DNA from: Phaeosaccion multiseriatum
Lineage: Eukaryota > Protista > Ochrophyta, other classes
Reading direction: 5' to 3'
DNA: 64,000 nucleotides
Assembly (NCBI GenBank): GCA_965112735.1
Contig: OZ218963.1
Coordinates: 992,001 to 1,056,000 of the forward strand
Part shown: piece by piece, positions 40,196 through 53,568 of the stretch
How positions within the stretch are numbered: position 1 is the stretch's first letter
Layout: each line of letters starts with the position of its first letter
Notes under the pieces: generated by a model
What the model was told of the DNA's origin: nothing
Database searches by the model: none
Seen by the model: the letters and a program-made list of their open reading frames with translations, nothing else
Position numbers and translations under genes: made by a program

Positions 40196-40321
40196 CGGAT
40201 TGTGCCACTAGCGCACAACCCGCAAAAATATTCTGTAACGATACGTAACGGTTTTGACCGCGTATCTTTTCTGTAGCCGGAGACCCGCTCCTCGCCAAGA
40301 GGAGTGTAACACTTGCTCCTG

Positions 40322-41667
40322 ATGGTGCTCGTGGAGGTCCATCGGGAACCTTTGTTCAGGAAGTATCATGCGTCGCCTTTCTCGTGCGCCTTCCTCTTCC
40401 TGCTGGGTGCGACGCTGAGTGTGCTTCTCCTGCCCTTCTTCATGGCCTATGGCCCTTACGGTGCGTAGAGGGTACTCGTACGTTTGGCTGGGACGCTGTT
40501 TACTCTGTTTCTAACAGTAGGAGCTCTTGTGCGCCGTCGCAGGTCTGTGGCTGAAGACCAGCTCCTACCTGGAGCGGCCGAGGGTGGACTTCACACACAA
40601 AGTAGTCCTGTTCGCTGAGGGGTACAAGGCCAGCGGAGAGAGCTTCGACGCCTTTTTCAGTAGTGTGAGCAGCATCAATGCTCTGTTTGAGGGCAACCTC
40701 AGAGTTCCAGTTCTGCGGGTGAGTGAGTGAGAGCGGCTATCGCAGCTGCTGTGTACCGTGAGCGATCACCAAACCCCAGCCCCCCGCCTGTCGCGTTGTT
40801 GCTCGTTCCACCGAAAGGCCATGGAAGTGGACAGCGATATGGATGGTCTGAAGGAGCGCTTTGAGATCAACGCGCTGCTCCCGCTCGAAGAAGGCGAGCA
40901 AATACACACAGTGACCATGTTGGTGTTTCTTCGGACGCGGCTCCAGGTACGAGGCTGGCTGCTGCCCTCTTTGCCCTGATATATGCCTCTCTGTTGAGAG
41001 CTGCAAGCAATTGCTGTAACCCTTGGGATTCGTGCACCTACTTGGCTCTTGCAGGAACGAGCGAAGGTGGAGATGGACTCTTTGGCCTACTTTCAGAAGA
41101 GTAGTGGCCTTCCTGGTCGGGCTCTACATGTTGACGGATGCTTTGAGCTTCAGCAGGAGGGACCCATCAGTGTCTACGGCGGCTTCACGTACCCGTACAG
41201 CGGCGATCAGCTACTTGATGTCCACTCCACCGTGTCGAGCGGGCAGGTTCTTGTGCAGCGCATTCTGGAGAGCTACGCCTCTCGAAATCGTGAGTCTTGG
41301 GTGAGGCTGGCATTCACCGTCCCCAAGGCAAGGCAAGGCAACGCACCCACATCCCACTCACGTACTTTGCAAACCCGTTTCCTCCGCAGTTACTATGGCC
41401 CTTCATGAAAGGCACAGCTCGTGGGAAAGAATGTCCGTGGGCGCAGAAGGGAACGCTTTCAATATCACTGCGACGCTTCGGGTGAATGCTCAAGCAGTCC
41501 TCTACACGCCATCCGTCTCTGAAGTACTTCAAGACGGTTGGATAAAGTACTTGTCTATGTTCATCGTCGTCATGTACGTGGTCGACAAGCTGTCCAGTTT
41601 CGTTTTCTTCCATCAACTAGTAGAAGCATGGATGACGCAAACAGATTCCTGCAGGAGCTGTCAATGA
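40322..41667 (+). CDS. TMEM231: Ciliary transition-zone protein TMEM231; exons 40322-40460, 40543-40718, 40818-40946, 41055-41289, 41390-41667
   Basis: N-terminal TM segment followed by GLWLKTSSYLERPRVDF, DSDMDG, and C-terminal YTP...E.L...WIKYLS plus TM segment; four in-phase GT-AG introns. Confidence 0.88.
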
Positions 41668-42106
41668 CACAACGCCAGGGAGGGCTTTGGGTTGACTCTC
41701 TCCTACCTTCTCTATGTACTTACATACGATTATAATAGGGAACAACGAACCCGTCATATTTTTGGTCTTGTCTCGCCAGTAATCTAGACCGCCTTCCTCC
41801 AACCACACACCGTCCTCCACCACGTCCTCGGCTCTCAGCACTGAATGGGCTTTGGCTCTCGCCACAAGTCTGAGTCTGCTGCTCTTGTGCAAGCCGTTCG
41901 ACTGGCCTGCATTTCAGTATGCACGCTGCATGGCACTTTTTGCCAGGGGTGAAAAGCCCTTCCCCACCGTCTTTGCGAGCGCTTCTCCACCATAGACGCA
42001 GAAGAAGCACTTTGGGGGAATCAAACGACAAACTCACTCACTCAATCACGCACTGACTGACTCACAACCTCACTCACTTATGCCCTAACTCGCTTATTCG
42101 CGACAA

Positions 42107-45100
42107 AGGAGGGAGGGAGGGAGGGAGGGAGGGAGGGAGGGAGGGAGGGAGGGAGGGAGGGAGGGAGGGAGGGAGGGAGGGAGGGAGGGAGGGAGGGAGG
42201 GAGGGAGGGAGGGAGGGAGGGAGGGAGGGAGGGAGGGAGGGAGGGAGGGAGGGAGGGAGGGAGGGAGGGAGGGAGGGAGGGAGGGAGGGAGGGAGGGAGG
42301 GAGGGAGGGAGGGAGGGAGGGAGGGAGGGAGGGAGGGAGGGAGGGAGGGAGGGAGGGAGGGAGGGAGGGTGGGACAGAGGGATGGAGGGATAGAAGGAGG
42401 TCGGGATAGCGGTATAAAGGTAAGGAGCGGCAGAGGGAGAAAGGGATAGAAAGAGGGGGGAAGGGAGGGGTGGAGGGAGGGTGGGACAGAGGGAGGAAGA
42501 AATACAGAGAGGTTGGGAGGGAGGGAGGGTGGGAGGGAGGGATAGAGGAAGGGAGGGAGGGAGGGAGGGAGAGCGGGAGGGAGAGCGGGAGGGAAGGAGG
42601 AAGGGAGAGAGGGAGGGAGGCAGGGAGGGGGAGATGGAGGGAGGGAGGGAGGGAGGGAGGGAGGGAGGGAGGGAGGGAGGGAGGGAGGGAGGGAGGGAGG
42701 GAGGGAGGGAGGGAGGGAGGGAGGGAGGGAGGGAGGGAGGGAGGGAGGGAGGAGGGAGGGAGGGAGGAAGGAAGGAGGGAGGGACAGAGGGACAGAGGGA
42801 TAGAGGGATAGAATGAGGTAGGGAGGGAGGGAGTGAGGGAAGGAGGGACGGAGAGAGAGGGAGGGAGGGAGGGAGGGAGGGAGGGAGGGAGGGAGGGAGG
42901 GAGGGAGGGAGGGAGGGAGGGAGGGAGGGAGGGAGGGAGGGAGGGAGGGAGGGAGGGAGGGAGGGAGGGAGGGAGGGAGGGAGGGAGGGAGGGAGGGAGG
43001 GAGGGAGGGAGGGAGGGAGGGAGGGAGGGAGGGAGGGAGGGAGGGAGGGAGGGAGGGAGGGAGGGAGGGAGGGAGGGAGGGAGGGAGGGAGGGAGGGAGG
43101 GAGGGAGGGAGGGAGGGAGGGAGGGAGGGAGGGAGGGAGGGAGGGAGGGAGGGAGGGAGGGAGGGAGGGAGGGAGGGAGGGAGGGAGGGAGGGAGGGAGG
43201 GAGGGAGGGAAGGAAGGAAGGAGGGAGGGAGGGTGGGACAGAGGGATTGAGGGATAGAAGGAGGTCGGGATAGTGGTATGAAGGTAAGGAGCGGCAGAGG
43301 GAGAAAGGGATAGAAAGAGGGAGGAAGGGAGGGGTGGAGGGAGGGTGGGACAGAGGGAGGAAGAAATATAGAGAGGTTGGGAGGGACGGAGGGAGGGTGG
43401 GAGGGAGGGATAGAGGAAGGGAGGGAGGGAGGGAGGGAGGGAGGGAGGGAGGGAGGGAGGGAGGGAGGGAGGGAGGGAGGGAGGGAGGGAGGGAGGGAGG
43501 GAGGGAGGGAGGGAGGGAGGGAGGGAGGGAGGGAGGGAGGGAGGGAGGGAGGGAGGGAGGGAGGGAGGGAGGGAGGGAGGGAGGGAGGGAGGGAGGGAGG
43601 GAGGGAGGGAGGGAGGGAGGGAGGGAGGGAGGGAGGGAGGGAGGGAGGGAGGGAGGGAGGGAGGGACAGAGGGTTAGAGGGATAGAATGAGGCAGGGAGG
43701 GAGGGAGGGAGGGAGGGGGAGAGGGAGGGAGGGAGGGACGGACGGAGGGAAGGAGGGAGGGAGGGAGGGAGGGACAGAGGGATAGAGGGATAGAAGGAGG
43801 TAGGGAGGTAGGGAGGGACGGAGGGAGGGTGGAAGGGGTAGAGGGAGGATGGGAGGTAGGGAGGGAGGGAGGGAGGGAGGGAGGGACAGAGGAACAGAGG
43901 GAGGGAGGGAGGGAGGGAGGGAGGGAGGGAGGGAGGGAGGGAGGGAGGGAGGGAGGGAGAGAGGGAGGGAGGGTGGGACAGAGGGATGGAGGGATAGAAG
44001 GAGGTCGGGATAGCGGTATAAAGGTAAGGAGCGGCAGAGGGAGAAAGGGATAGAAAGAGGGGGGAAGGGAGGGGTGGAGGGAGGGTGGGACAGAGGGAGG
44101 AAGAAATACAGAGAGGTTGGGAGGGAGGGTGGGAGGGAGGGATAGAGGAAGGGAGGGAGGGAGGGAGGGAGAGCGGGAGGGAGAGCGGGAGGGAGAGCGG
44201 GAGGGAAGGAGGAAGGGAGAGAGGGAGGGAGGCAGGGAGGGGGAGAGGGAGGGAGGGAGGGAGGGAGGGAGGGAGGGAGGGAGGGAGGGAGGGAGGGAGG
44301 GAGGGAGGGAGGGAGGGAGGGAGGGAGGGAGGGAGGGAGGGAGGGAGGGAGGGAGGGAGGGAGGGAGGGAGGGAGGGAGGGAGGGAGGGAGGGAAGGAGG
44401 GAGGGAAGGAAGGAAGGAGGGAGGGACAGAGGGACAGAGGGATAGAGGGATAGAATGAGGTAGGGAGGGAGGGAGTGAGGGAAGGAGGGACGGAGAGAGA
44501 GGGAGAGGGAGGGAGGGAGGGAGGGAGGGAGGGAGGGAGGGAGGGAGGGAGGGAGGGAGGGAGGGAGGGAGGGAGGGAGGGAGGGAGGGAGGGAGGGAGG
44601 GAGGGAGGGAGGGAGGGAGGGAGGGAAGGAAGGAAGGAGGGAGGGAGGGTGGGACAGAGGGATTGAGGGATAGAAGGAGGTCGGGATAGTGGTATAAAGG
44701 TAAGGAGCGGCAGAGGGAGAAAGGGATAGAAAGAGGGAGGAAGGGAGGGGTGGAGGGAGGGTGGGACAGAGGGAGGAAGAAATATAGAGAGGTTGGGAGG
44801 GACGGAGGGAGGGTGGGAGGGAGGGATAGAGGAAGGGAGGGAGGGAGGGAGGGAGAGCGGGAGGGAGAGCGGGAGGGAGGGAGGAAGGGAGAGAGGGAGG
44901 GAGGGAGGGAGGGAGGGAGGGAGGGAGGGAGGAAGGGAGGGAGGGAGGGAGGGAGGGAGGGAGGAAGGGAGAGAGGGAGGGAGGGGGAGAGGGAGGGAGG
45001 GAGGGATGGACGGAGGGAAGGAGGGAGGTTGGAGGGAGGGAGGGACAGAGGGATAGAGGGATAGAATGAGGTAGGGAGGGAGGGAGGGACGGAGGGAGGG

Positions 45101-48100
45101 TGGAAGGGTAGAGGGAGGATGGGAGGGAGGGAGGGAGGGAGGGAGGGAGGGAGGGAGGGACGGAGGGATAGAGGGATAGAATGAGGTTAGGAGGGAGGGA
45201 GGGACGGAGGGAGGGTGGAAGGGGTAGAGAGAGGATGGGAGGGAGGGATAGAGGGATAGAGGTATGGAAGGAGGAACGGATAGGGGGATATAGGGAGGGA
45301 GAGCGGGAGGGAGGGAGGGAGGGAGGGAGGGGAGGGAGGGAGGGACGGAGGGAGGGAGAGATAGAAGGAGGGAGGGATAGAAAGAGGGAGGGAGGGTGGG
45401 ACGAAGGAATTGAGGGATATAAGGAGGTAGGGATAGCGTTACAAAGGGAAGGAGCGGGAGAGGGAGAAAGGGATAGAAAGAGGGAGGAAGGGAGAGGGTG
45501 AGGGAGGGAGGGACAGAGGGAGGAAGAAATACAGAGGTAGGGAGGGAGAGAGGGTGGGAGGGAGGGATAGAGGAAGGAACGGAGGGAGGGGGAGAGGGAG
45601 GGAGGGAGGGAGGGAGGGAGGGAGGGAGGGAGGGAGGGAGGGAGGGAGGGAGGGAAGGAGGGAGGGAGGGAGGGAGGGAGGGACGGGGGGAGGGAGGGAG
45701 GGAGGGAGGGAGGGAGGGAGGGAGGGAGGGAGGGAGGGAGGGAGGGAGGTGGGAAGCGAGGGAGGAGGGGAGCGAGGGAGGGAGGGAGGGATGTAGGGAG
45801 GGACAGAGAGAAGGAGGGAGGGAGGGTGGGAGGGGGGGAGGGGGGAAGGGAGGGAGGGAGGGAGGGAGGGAGGGAGGGTGGGAGGGAGGGAGGGAGGGAG
45901 AGAGGGAGGGAGGGAGGGAGGGAGGGATAGAAAGAGGGAGGGAGGGTGGGACAGAGGGATTGAGGGATAGAAGGAGGTCGGGATAGCAATATAAAGGTAA
46001 GGAGCGGCAGAGGGAGAAAAGGATAGAAAGAGGGAGGAAGGGAGGGGTGGAGGGAGGGTGGGACAGAGGGAGGAAGAAATACAGAGAGGTTGGGAGGGAG
46101 GGAGGTTGGGATAGAAAGAGGGAGGGAGGGTGGGACAGAGGGATAGAGGGATATAAGGAGGTAGGGATAGCGGTACAAAGGGAAGGAGCGGGAGAAGGAG
46201 AAGGGGATAGAAAGAGGGAGGAAGGGAGAGGGTGAGGGAGGGAGGGACAGAGGGAGGAAGAAATACAGAGGTAGGGTGGGAGAGAGGGTGGGAGGGAGGG
46301 AGGGAGGAAGGAACGGAGGGAGGGGGAGAGGGAGGGAGGGAGGGAGGGAGGGAGGGAGGGAGGGAGGGAGGGAGGGAGGGAGGGAGGGAGGGAGGGAGGG
46401 AGGGAGGGAGGGAGGGAGGGAGGGAGGGAGGGAGGGAGGGAGGGAGGGAGGGAGGGAGGGAGGGAGGGAGGGAGGGAGGGAGGGAGGGAGGGAGGGAGGG
46501 AGGGAGGGAGGGAGGGAGGGAGGGAGGGAGGGAGGGAGGGAGGGAGGGAGGGAGGGAGGGAGGGAGGGAGGGAGGGAGGGAGGTGGGAAGCGAGGGAGGA
46601 GGGAAGCGAGGGAGGGAGGGAGGGATGGAGGGAGGGACAGAGAGAAGGAGGGAGGGAGGGTGGGAGGGAGGGAGGGAGGGAGGGAGAGAGGGAGGGAGGG
46701 AGGGATGGAGGGATAGAAAGAGGGAGGGAGGGTGGGACAGAGGGATTGAGGGATAGAAGGAGGTCGGGATAGTGGTATAAAGTTAAGGATCGGCAGAGGG
46801 AGAAAAGGATAGAAAGAGGGAGGAAGGGAGGGGTGGAGGGAGGGTGGGACAGAGGGAGGAAGAAATACAGAGAGGTTGGGAGGGAGGGAGGGAGGGTGGG
46901 AGGGAGGGATAGAGGAAGGGAGGGAGGGAGGGAGGGAGAGCGGGAGGGAGAGCGGGAGAGAGGGAGGAAGGGAGAGAGGGAGGGAGGCAGGGAGGGGAAG
47001 AGGGAGGGAGTGAGGGAGGGAGGGAAGGAGGGAGGGAAGGAAGGAAGGAGGGAGGGACAGAGGGACAGAGGGATAGAGGGATAGAAGGAGGTAGGTAGGG
47101 AGGGAGGGAGGGAAGGAGGGACGAAGAGAGAGGGGGAGGGAGGGAGGGAGGGAGGGAGGGAGGGAGGGAGGGGGAGAGGGAGGGAGGAACAGATGGATAC
47201 AGTGATAGAAGGAGGTAGGTAAGGACGAAGGGAGGGGGAGAGGGAGGTAGGGAGGGAGGGACGGACGGAGGGACGGAGGGAGGGAGGGAGGGAGGGAGGG
47301 AGGGAGGGAGGGAGGGAGGGAGGGAGGGAGGGAGGGAGGGAGGGAGGGAGGGAGGGAGGGAGGGAGGGAGGGAGGGAGGGAGGGAGGGAGGGAGGGAGGG
47401 AGGGAGGGAGGGAGGGAGGGAGGGAGGGAGGGAGGGAGGGAGGGAGGGAGGGAGGGAGGGAGGGAGGGAGGGAGGGAGGGAGGGAGGGAGGGAGGGAGGG
47501 AGGGAGGGAGGGAGGGAGGGAGGGAGGGAGGGAGGGAGGGAGGGAGGGAGGGAGGGAGGGAGGGAGGGAGGGAGGGAGGGAGGGAGGGAGGGAGGGAGGG
47601 AGGGAGGGAAGGAAGGAAGGAGAGAGGGAGGGCGAGACAGAGGGATTGAGATATAGAAGGAGGTAGGGAGGGAGGGAGGGACGGAGGGAGGGTGGAAGGG
47701 GTAGAGGGAGGATGGGAGGGAGGGACAGAGGGATAGAGGGATAGAAGGAGGTAGGGAGGGAGGAAGCGAGGGAAGGAGGGACGGAGAGAGAGGGGGAGGG
47801 AGGGAGGGAGGGAGGGAGGGAGGGGGAGAGGGAGGGAGGAACAGACGGATACAGTGATAGAAGGAGGGAGGGAGGGAAGAAGGGAGGGGGAGAGGGAGGG
47901 AGGGAGGGACGGACGGAGGGACGGAGGGAGGGAGGGAGGGAGGGAGGGAGGGGGGGAGGGAGAGGGAGAGGGAGGGAGGGAGGGAGGGAGGGAGGGAGGG
48001 AGGGAGGGAGGGAGGGAGGGAGGGAGGGAGGGAGGGAGGGAGGGAGGGAGGGAGGGAGGGAGGGAGGGAGGGAGGGAGGGAGGGAGGGAGGGAGGGAGGG

Positions 48101-49333
48101 AGGGAGGGAAGGAAGGAAGGAGGGAGGGAGGGCGAGACAGAGGGATTGGGAGATAGAAGGAGGTAGGGAGGGAGGAAGTGAGGGGGGGTTGGGGGAGAGG
48201 GAGGGAGGGAGGGATGGACGGAGGTAAGGAGGGAGGTTGGAGGGAGGGAGGGACAGAGGGATAGAGGGATAGAATGAGGTAGGGAGGGAGGGAGGGACAG
48301 AGGGAGGGTGGAAGGGTAGTGGGAGGATGGGAGGGAGGGAGGGAGGGAGGGAGGGAGGGAAGGAGGGATGTAGGGAGGGAGGGAGGGACAGAGGGATAGA
48401 GGGATAGAATGAGGTAGGGAGGGAGGGAGGGGCGGAGGGAGGGTGGAAGGGGTGGAGGGAGGATGGGAGGGAGGGATAGAGGGGTAGAGGTATGGAAGGA
48501 GGAACGGATAGGGGGATATAGGGAGGGAGAGCGGGAGGGAGGGAGGGAGGGAGGGAGGGAGGGAGGGGAGGGAGGGAGGGAGGGAGGGAGGGAGGGAGGG
48601 AGGGAGGGAGGGATAGAAAGAGGGAGGGAGGGTGGGACAGAGGGATTGAGGGATAATAGGAGGTAGGGATAGCGGTACAAAGGGAAGGAGCGGGAGAGGG
48701 AGAAAGGGATAGAAAGAGGGAGGAAGGGAGAAGGTGAGGGAGAGAGGGACAGAGGGAGGAAGAAAAACAGAGAGGTAGGGAGGGAGGGAGGGAGGGTGGG
48801 AGGGAGAGAGGGAGGGAGGGAGAGAGGGAGGGAGGGAGGGAGGGAGGAGGGGAATGGAGGGAGGGAGAGAGGAACGGAGGGAGGGAGGGAGGGAGGGAGG
48901 GAGGGAGGGAGGGAGGAGGGGAATGGAGGGAGGGAGAGAGGAACGGAGGGAGGGAGGGAGGGAGGGAGGAAGGGAAGGACGGAAGGAAGGAAGGAGGGGG
49001 GGAGGGAGGGAAGGACGGAAGCAAGGGAGGGAGGGAGGGAGGGAGGGAAGGAGGGAGGGAGGGAGGGAGGGAGGGAGGGAGGGAGGGAGGGAGGGAGGGA
49101 GGGAGGGAGGGAGGGAGGGAGGGAGGGAGGGAGGGAGGGAGGGAGGGAGGGAGGGAGGGAGGGAGGGAGGGAGGGAGGGAGGGAGGGAGGGAGGGAGGGA
49201 GGGAGGGAGGGAGGGAGGGAGGGAGGGAGGGAAGGAGGGAAGGAGGGAAGGAGGGAAGGAGGGAAGGAGGAAGGGAGGGAGGGAGGGAGGGAGGGAGGGA
49301 GGGAGGGAGGGAGGGAGGGAGGGAGGGAGGGAG
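42107..49333. repeat. 7.2-kb polypurine (GGGA)n complex repeat with duplicated variant modules
   Basis: Pure GGGA runs alternate with recurrent units, e.g. GGTCGGGATAGCGGTATAAAGGTAAGGAGCGGCAGAGGG at about 42400, 43263, 44003, 44680, 45976 and 46761. Confidence 0.95.
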
Positions 49334-49499
49334 CCGACCCTGGACAAGATTATCTGATTACAGGTCCCTGACATGCTTCTGAGAGAGGCCAGCCCAGAAG
49401 CAGGAAGCAGGCCGACTGGCGTCGGCCAGAATCAGGAAGCAGGGTCGCCTCAGAAGCATGTCAGGGGCCGACTAGGCTTCTAGGCCAGTCTGGAGGCGA
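49334..49499 (-). mobile_element. Left end of an inverted, internally deleted copy of the nested element
   Basis: 49472-49499 is a degenerate outer TIR and 49334-49361 is the end of module 1 (CGACCCTGGACAAGATTATCTGATTAC), both on the minus strand, leading into the GGGA tract. Confidence 0.7.
49361..49471 (-). mobile_element. 111-bp MITE, inverted diverged copy of 58532-58642
   Basis: TIR CCCTGACATGCTTCTGAG / CTCAGAAGCATGTCAGGGGCCGA; left tip mutated; no TSD. Confidence 0.8.
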
Positions 49500-49703
49500 A
49501 CCCCCCCTCCCCCTTCTTCATTCACTGCCATCCACTGCCAGCCCCCACCGATCACCTTCGGTCTATTGCCGTCCACCTGTTAATCCACCCCCCTCTTTCT
49601 CCCTCCTTCTCTTCTTGACGTGCTACCTGCTACTTGCTGCCGCCGGCGTGAGCCGGCCTTGACTTGCTACTGGCCGACCGGCCGGCCGGCCACTACATTA
49701 GCT

Positions 49704-51637
49704 TCGGCCCCAGACTGGCCTAGAAGCCTAGGCCTAGAGTCGAAATTTGGCCGGCTTAGGGGGGCCGCAGGCCCCCGGCCTAGGCCTATTTTTGGCGCAG
49801 CCCCCCCGGCCTAGGCCTATTGACCCTGGACAAGATTACGGTGTGCGCCGGGACCGCAATCAGTAATCAGCCCTCAGCTGGAGCATAATCAGTACTAAGG
49901 CCGGCTGGTCACTGGCTGTAAGCAACCAGGCCGGCTGGCACCGGTCATAATCAGTAATCAGGCCGGCTGCGCCGGCCGTAATCAGTAATCAGATAGTCTT
50001 GTCCAGGGTCGACTCCCTCCCTCTCTCCCTCCCTTCCTCCCTCCCTCCCTCCCTCCCTCCCCCCCTCCCTCCCTTCCTCCCTCCCTCCCTCCTTCCCTCC
50101 CTCCCTCCCTTCCTCCCTCCCTCCTTCCCTCCCTCCCTCCCTCCCTCCCTCCCTCCCTCCCTCCCTCCCTCCCTCCCTCCCTCCCTCCCTCCCTCCCTCC
50201 CTCCCTCCCTCCCTCCGTCCCTCCCTCCCTCCCTCCCTCCCTCCCTCCCTCCCTCCCTCCCTCCCTCCCTCCCTCCCTCCCTCCCTCCCTCCCTCCCTCC
50301 CTCCCTCCCTCCCTCCCTCCCTCCCTCCCTCCCTCCCTCCCTCCCTCCCTCCCTCCCTCCCTCCCTCCCTCCCTCCCTCCCTCCCTCCCTCCCTCCCTCC
50401 CTCCCTCCCTCCCTCCCTCCCTCCCTCCCTCCCTCCCTCCCTCCCTCCCTCCCTCCCTCCCTCCCTCCCTCCCTCCCTCCCTCCCTCCCTCCCTCCCTCC
50501 CTCCCTCCCTCCCTCCCTCCCTCCCTCCCTCCCTCCCTCCCTCCCTCCCTCCCTCCCTCTCTCCCTCCCTCCCTCCCTCCCTCCCTCCCTCCCTCTATCC
50601 CGCTATCCCTCCGCCCTCCCTACCTCCTCGTATCCGTCTATTGTTATTGGGATGCCTTACATCGTAACATCTATCCCACTGTCCCTCCCTCCCTCCCTCC
50701 CTCCCTCCCTCCCTCCCTCCCTCCCTCCCTCCCTCCCTCCCTCCCTCCCTCCCTCCCTCCCTCCCTCCCTCCCTCTCTCCTTCCCTCCGCCCCTCCCTCC
50801 GCCCCTCCCTCCATCCCTCCCTCCCTCCCTCTATCCCGCTATTCCTCCCTGTGGAAAGTCGATTCGTAAGTCATTGGCCCAGGCCCAGGCAGATACGGTG
50901 AGAACGAGTGGCGTGGCTCTCACTATCCTATGTGCGTAGGTGGTCGTTTAGGACTAGAATGCGATATGTTAATAGAGGCAAGACTGGCTGCTAGGCTGGC
51001 TTTGGGGTTGCTGTTACCTCGTGTGTATGTCTAGTTCTATCCTATCTGTAGGCGACAGCTTACGTCGTTTTATACTATCTGTAGGAGACAGCGCTTGTCG
51101 TTTTACATCCCTCCCTACCTCCTTCTATCCCTCTACCCCTCTGTCCCTCGCTTCCTCCCTCCCTCCCTCCCACCCTCCCTCTACACCTCCCACCCTCCCT
51201 CCCTCCCTCCCTCCCTCCCTCCCTCCCTCCCTCCCTCCCTCCCTCCCTCCCTCCCTCCCTCCCTCCCTCCCTCCCTCCCTCCCTCCCTCCCTCCCTCCCT
51301 CCCTCCCTCCCTCCCTCCCTCCCTCCCTCCCTCCCTCCCTCCCTCCCTCCCTCCCTCCCTCCCTCTCTCCCTCCCTCCCTCCCTCCCTCCCTGCCTCCCT
51401 CCCTCCCTTCGACCCTGGACAAGGTTACGGTGTGCGCCGGCCGTAATCAGTAATCAGCCCCCGGCTGGCGCATAATCAGTAATCAGGCCGGGGAATGGAG
51501 GTAATCAGCAACCAGGCCGGCTGGCGCCATAATCAGTAATCAGGCCGGCTGCGCCGGCCGTAATCAGTAATCAGATAGGTCGAGGCCTAGGCCTAGAACC
51601 GCCGGCCTAGGGAGAAAAAATGGCCGGCCTAGAGCAT
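49704..51637 (+). mobile_element. Second copy of the nested TIR/composite element, right outer TIR missing
   Basis: Left TIR at 49704; modules at 49820-50012 and 51409-51583 flanked by GGCCTA; same cargo islands as 12075-12500 with shorter CCCT runs. Confidence 0.88.
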
Positions 51638-51675
51638 TAAAGCATAGGGGGGATTAGGTGGATTAGGTGCTACCA

Positions 51676-51985
51676 TCGACCCCTGACACGCTATCGCTCA
51701 CATTCTCGATAGCGCGCTATCGCGCCCCGGCGGGCCCGATAGCGCGCTATCGGCCGCCGGCCAATAGCGGATAGCGTGCCGGCTGGCGCCGGCCGATAGC
51801 GGATAGCGTGCCGGCTGGCGCCGGCCGATAGCGGATAGCGCGCCGGCTGGCGTCAGCTCTCCCCCCCCCCCCCCCCGGTGCGGTAGCAGCTGACGCTGGC
51901 GATAGCGGATAGCGCGCCGGAGATAGCGGATAGCGTGCCGGCTGGCGCCGGCGATAGCGTTAGCGGATAGCGTGTCAGGGGTCGA
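51676..51985. mobile_element. 310-bp MITE, 20-bp TIR, 6-bp TSD CTACCA
   Basis: TCGACCCCTGACACGCTATC ... GATAGCGTGTCAGGGGTCGA; CTACCA at 51670-51675 and 51986-51991; many internal GATAGCG motifs. Confidence 0.92.
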
Positions 51986-52320
51986 CTACCAAAGCAAATC
52001 GAACACCCCTAATAAAGTAATTCGATCGATATTTGTATCGACCCTCGCCTCAAATTTTTTCAACACAATCTCCGACCGGACCCCCACCACGCCAAAAGGG
52101 GAGAAAGAGAATCGAAGACATCATCGAGAGAGACAGCAATAAAGAGCGGAAGGGGGGGAGAGAGTGAGGCATACACATACAGAGATATAGGAGACAAAAG
52201 GACGAACAGACTACTAGGATCCAGCGAGCAGCGAAGGCTTCTGTGCTTTTTTGAGCTCCGTCGAGACGCGCGGGAGCTCCGCGGACCCTCTGGGGGGGGG
52301 GGCTGGTAGCCCCAACAGGA

Positions 52321-53523
52321 ATGGCCAGACGTCTCAAGAAGGTGCGCGCGAAAATTGCAGTGGTCTACCTCCCTCGCTCTCTCGCTCTCTCCCTCTCTCC
52401 CCCCCTTCTTCCCCCGCGTCTCTCTCTCTCGCTATAAAAACATCTCCCCCCCCTCCCCTTTCTCACGCCATGGTGCCTGTAGGAAGAGGACTTTCTTTCC
52501 TCCATATGTACTCACTCGTTTCGCTTCAGGTTTTGGTAGACCAGCGGGGGCTTGTCTAACGTTATCATGGCGGAACTAGTGTGGAGACAGGGAGATGTGG
52601 AAGGCTCTTAACCCGGGTTCCGATGGCATCTTTCCCTACTCAGGAACTGGGGGAGCTGCAAAACAATCCTCTGGAGTTCTGTACAGTGTCACCGGTGGAT
52701 GATGACATTATGCATTGGGGCGCTATGATGATAGGGCCGGAGGACTCCCCATATAAAGTAAGTTGGGAGGAGGGAGGAGCAGGTGCTTAGTATACACGAA
52801 TCTGCCGAGCTAGCACACATTACTTGCTCGTATACACTACAGAGTTGGGTTCCATGAAGGTCTCTGTGCCCATGTGTGTCCCAACACCTCGAAGAGACTT
52901 GATGCCGAGGTTTGGGTCAGGGTGAAGGGTAAGGAGCTTAGATGCTTTCCCCCCCGTATCAACCAAGACTTTGAGCCAAACCTCCTCCATACTGCCGTGC
53001 TGCCGCAGACCTTGCGAGTTGCGTCCCTATCACCTGACGCCGTTTCGCCACTGCTCTGTTTCCCCACTCCTCGTCTCCTGGCCCAACCCACACGGTATGG
53101 CGTCCACCTTGAAACACCAGGGTGGAGTATTCGATGTGGACTTGGTCTTTCCACAAGAGTACCCGTTCAAAGCACCAAAAGTAAAGTTTTTGACACGCAT
53201 CTACCACCCCAACGTCAAGAGTGACACAGGGGAGATCTGCTCGGATGTAATTAACGACAATTGGGGCCCGACGCTTAACGTCACTTATGTGCTCTCCACG
53301 ATTCGGCAGGTGAGTTGTGAGCTGCGGGGCGGGGGGGGGGCGGGGGCCGGAGGAAGAGCGCCCAGGCAGACTGTCCTGACTCGAGACTGGAATTGTCTAC
53401 TGCTGGTTCTTCCTTGAGACGTCTTGCTGATTCTCTCTGTCTCTCTCTCTCTGTCTCTCTCCCTCTCTCTCTCTCCCTCTGTCTCTCTCTCACTCTCTCT
53501 CTGTCTCTCTCTCTCTGTCTCTC

Positions 53524-53568
<45 letters not shown>

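Noticed and set aside
41617-42037. Short minus-strand ORFs
   Set aside because: No ATG-led coherent model or recognisable motif; partly antisense to TMEM231.
42074-49374. Very long PPSL / GREG ORFs (also 10738-12992, 13979-14608, 49999-51475)
   Set aside because: Artefacts of (CCCT)n/(GGGA)n; open in several frames at once.
52327-53424. 12-bp inverted match AGACGTCTCAAG between E2 exon 1 and intron 3
   Set aside because: Short, built around a palindrome, and has no TSD; compatible with chance.
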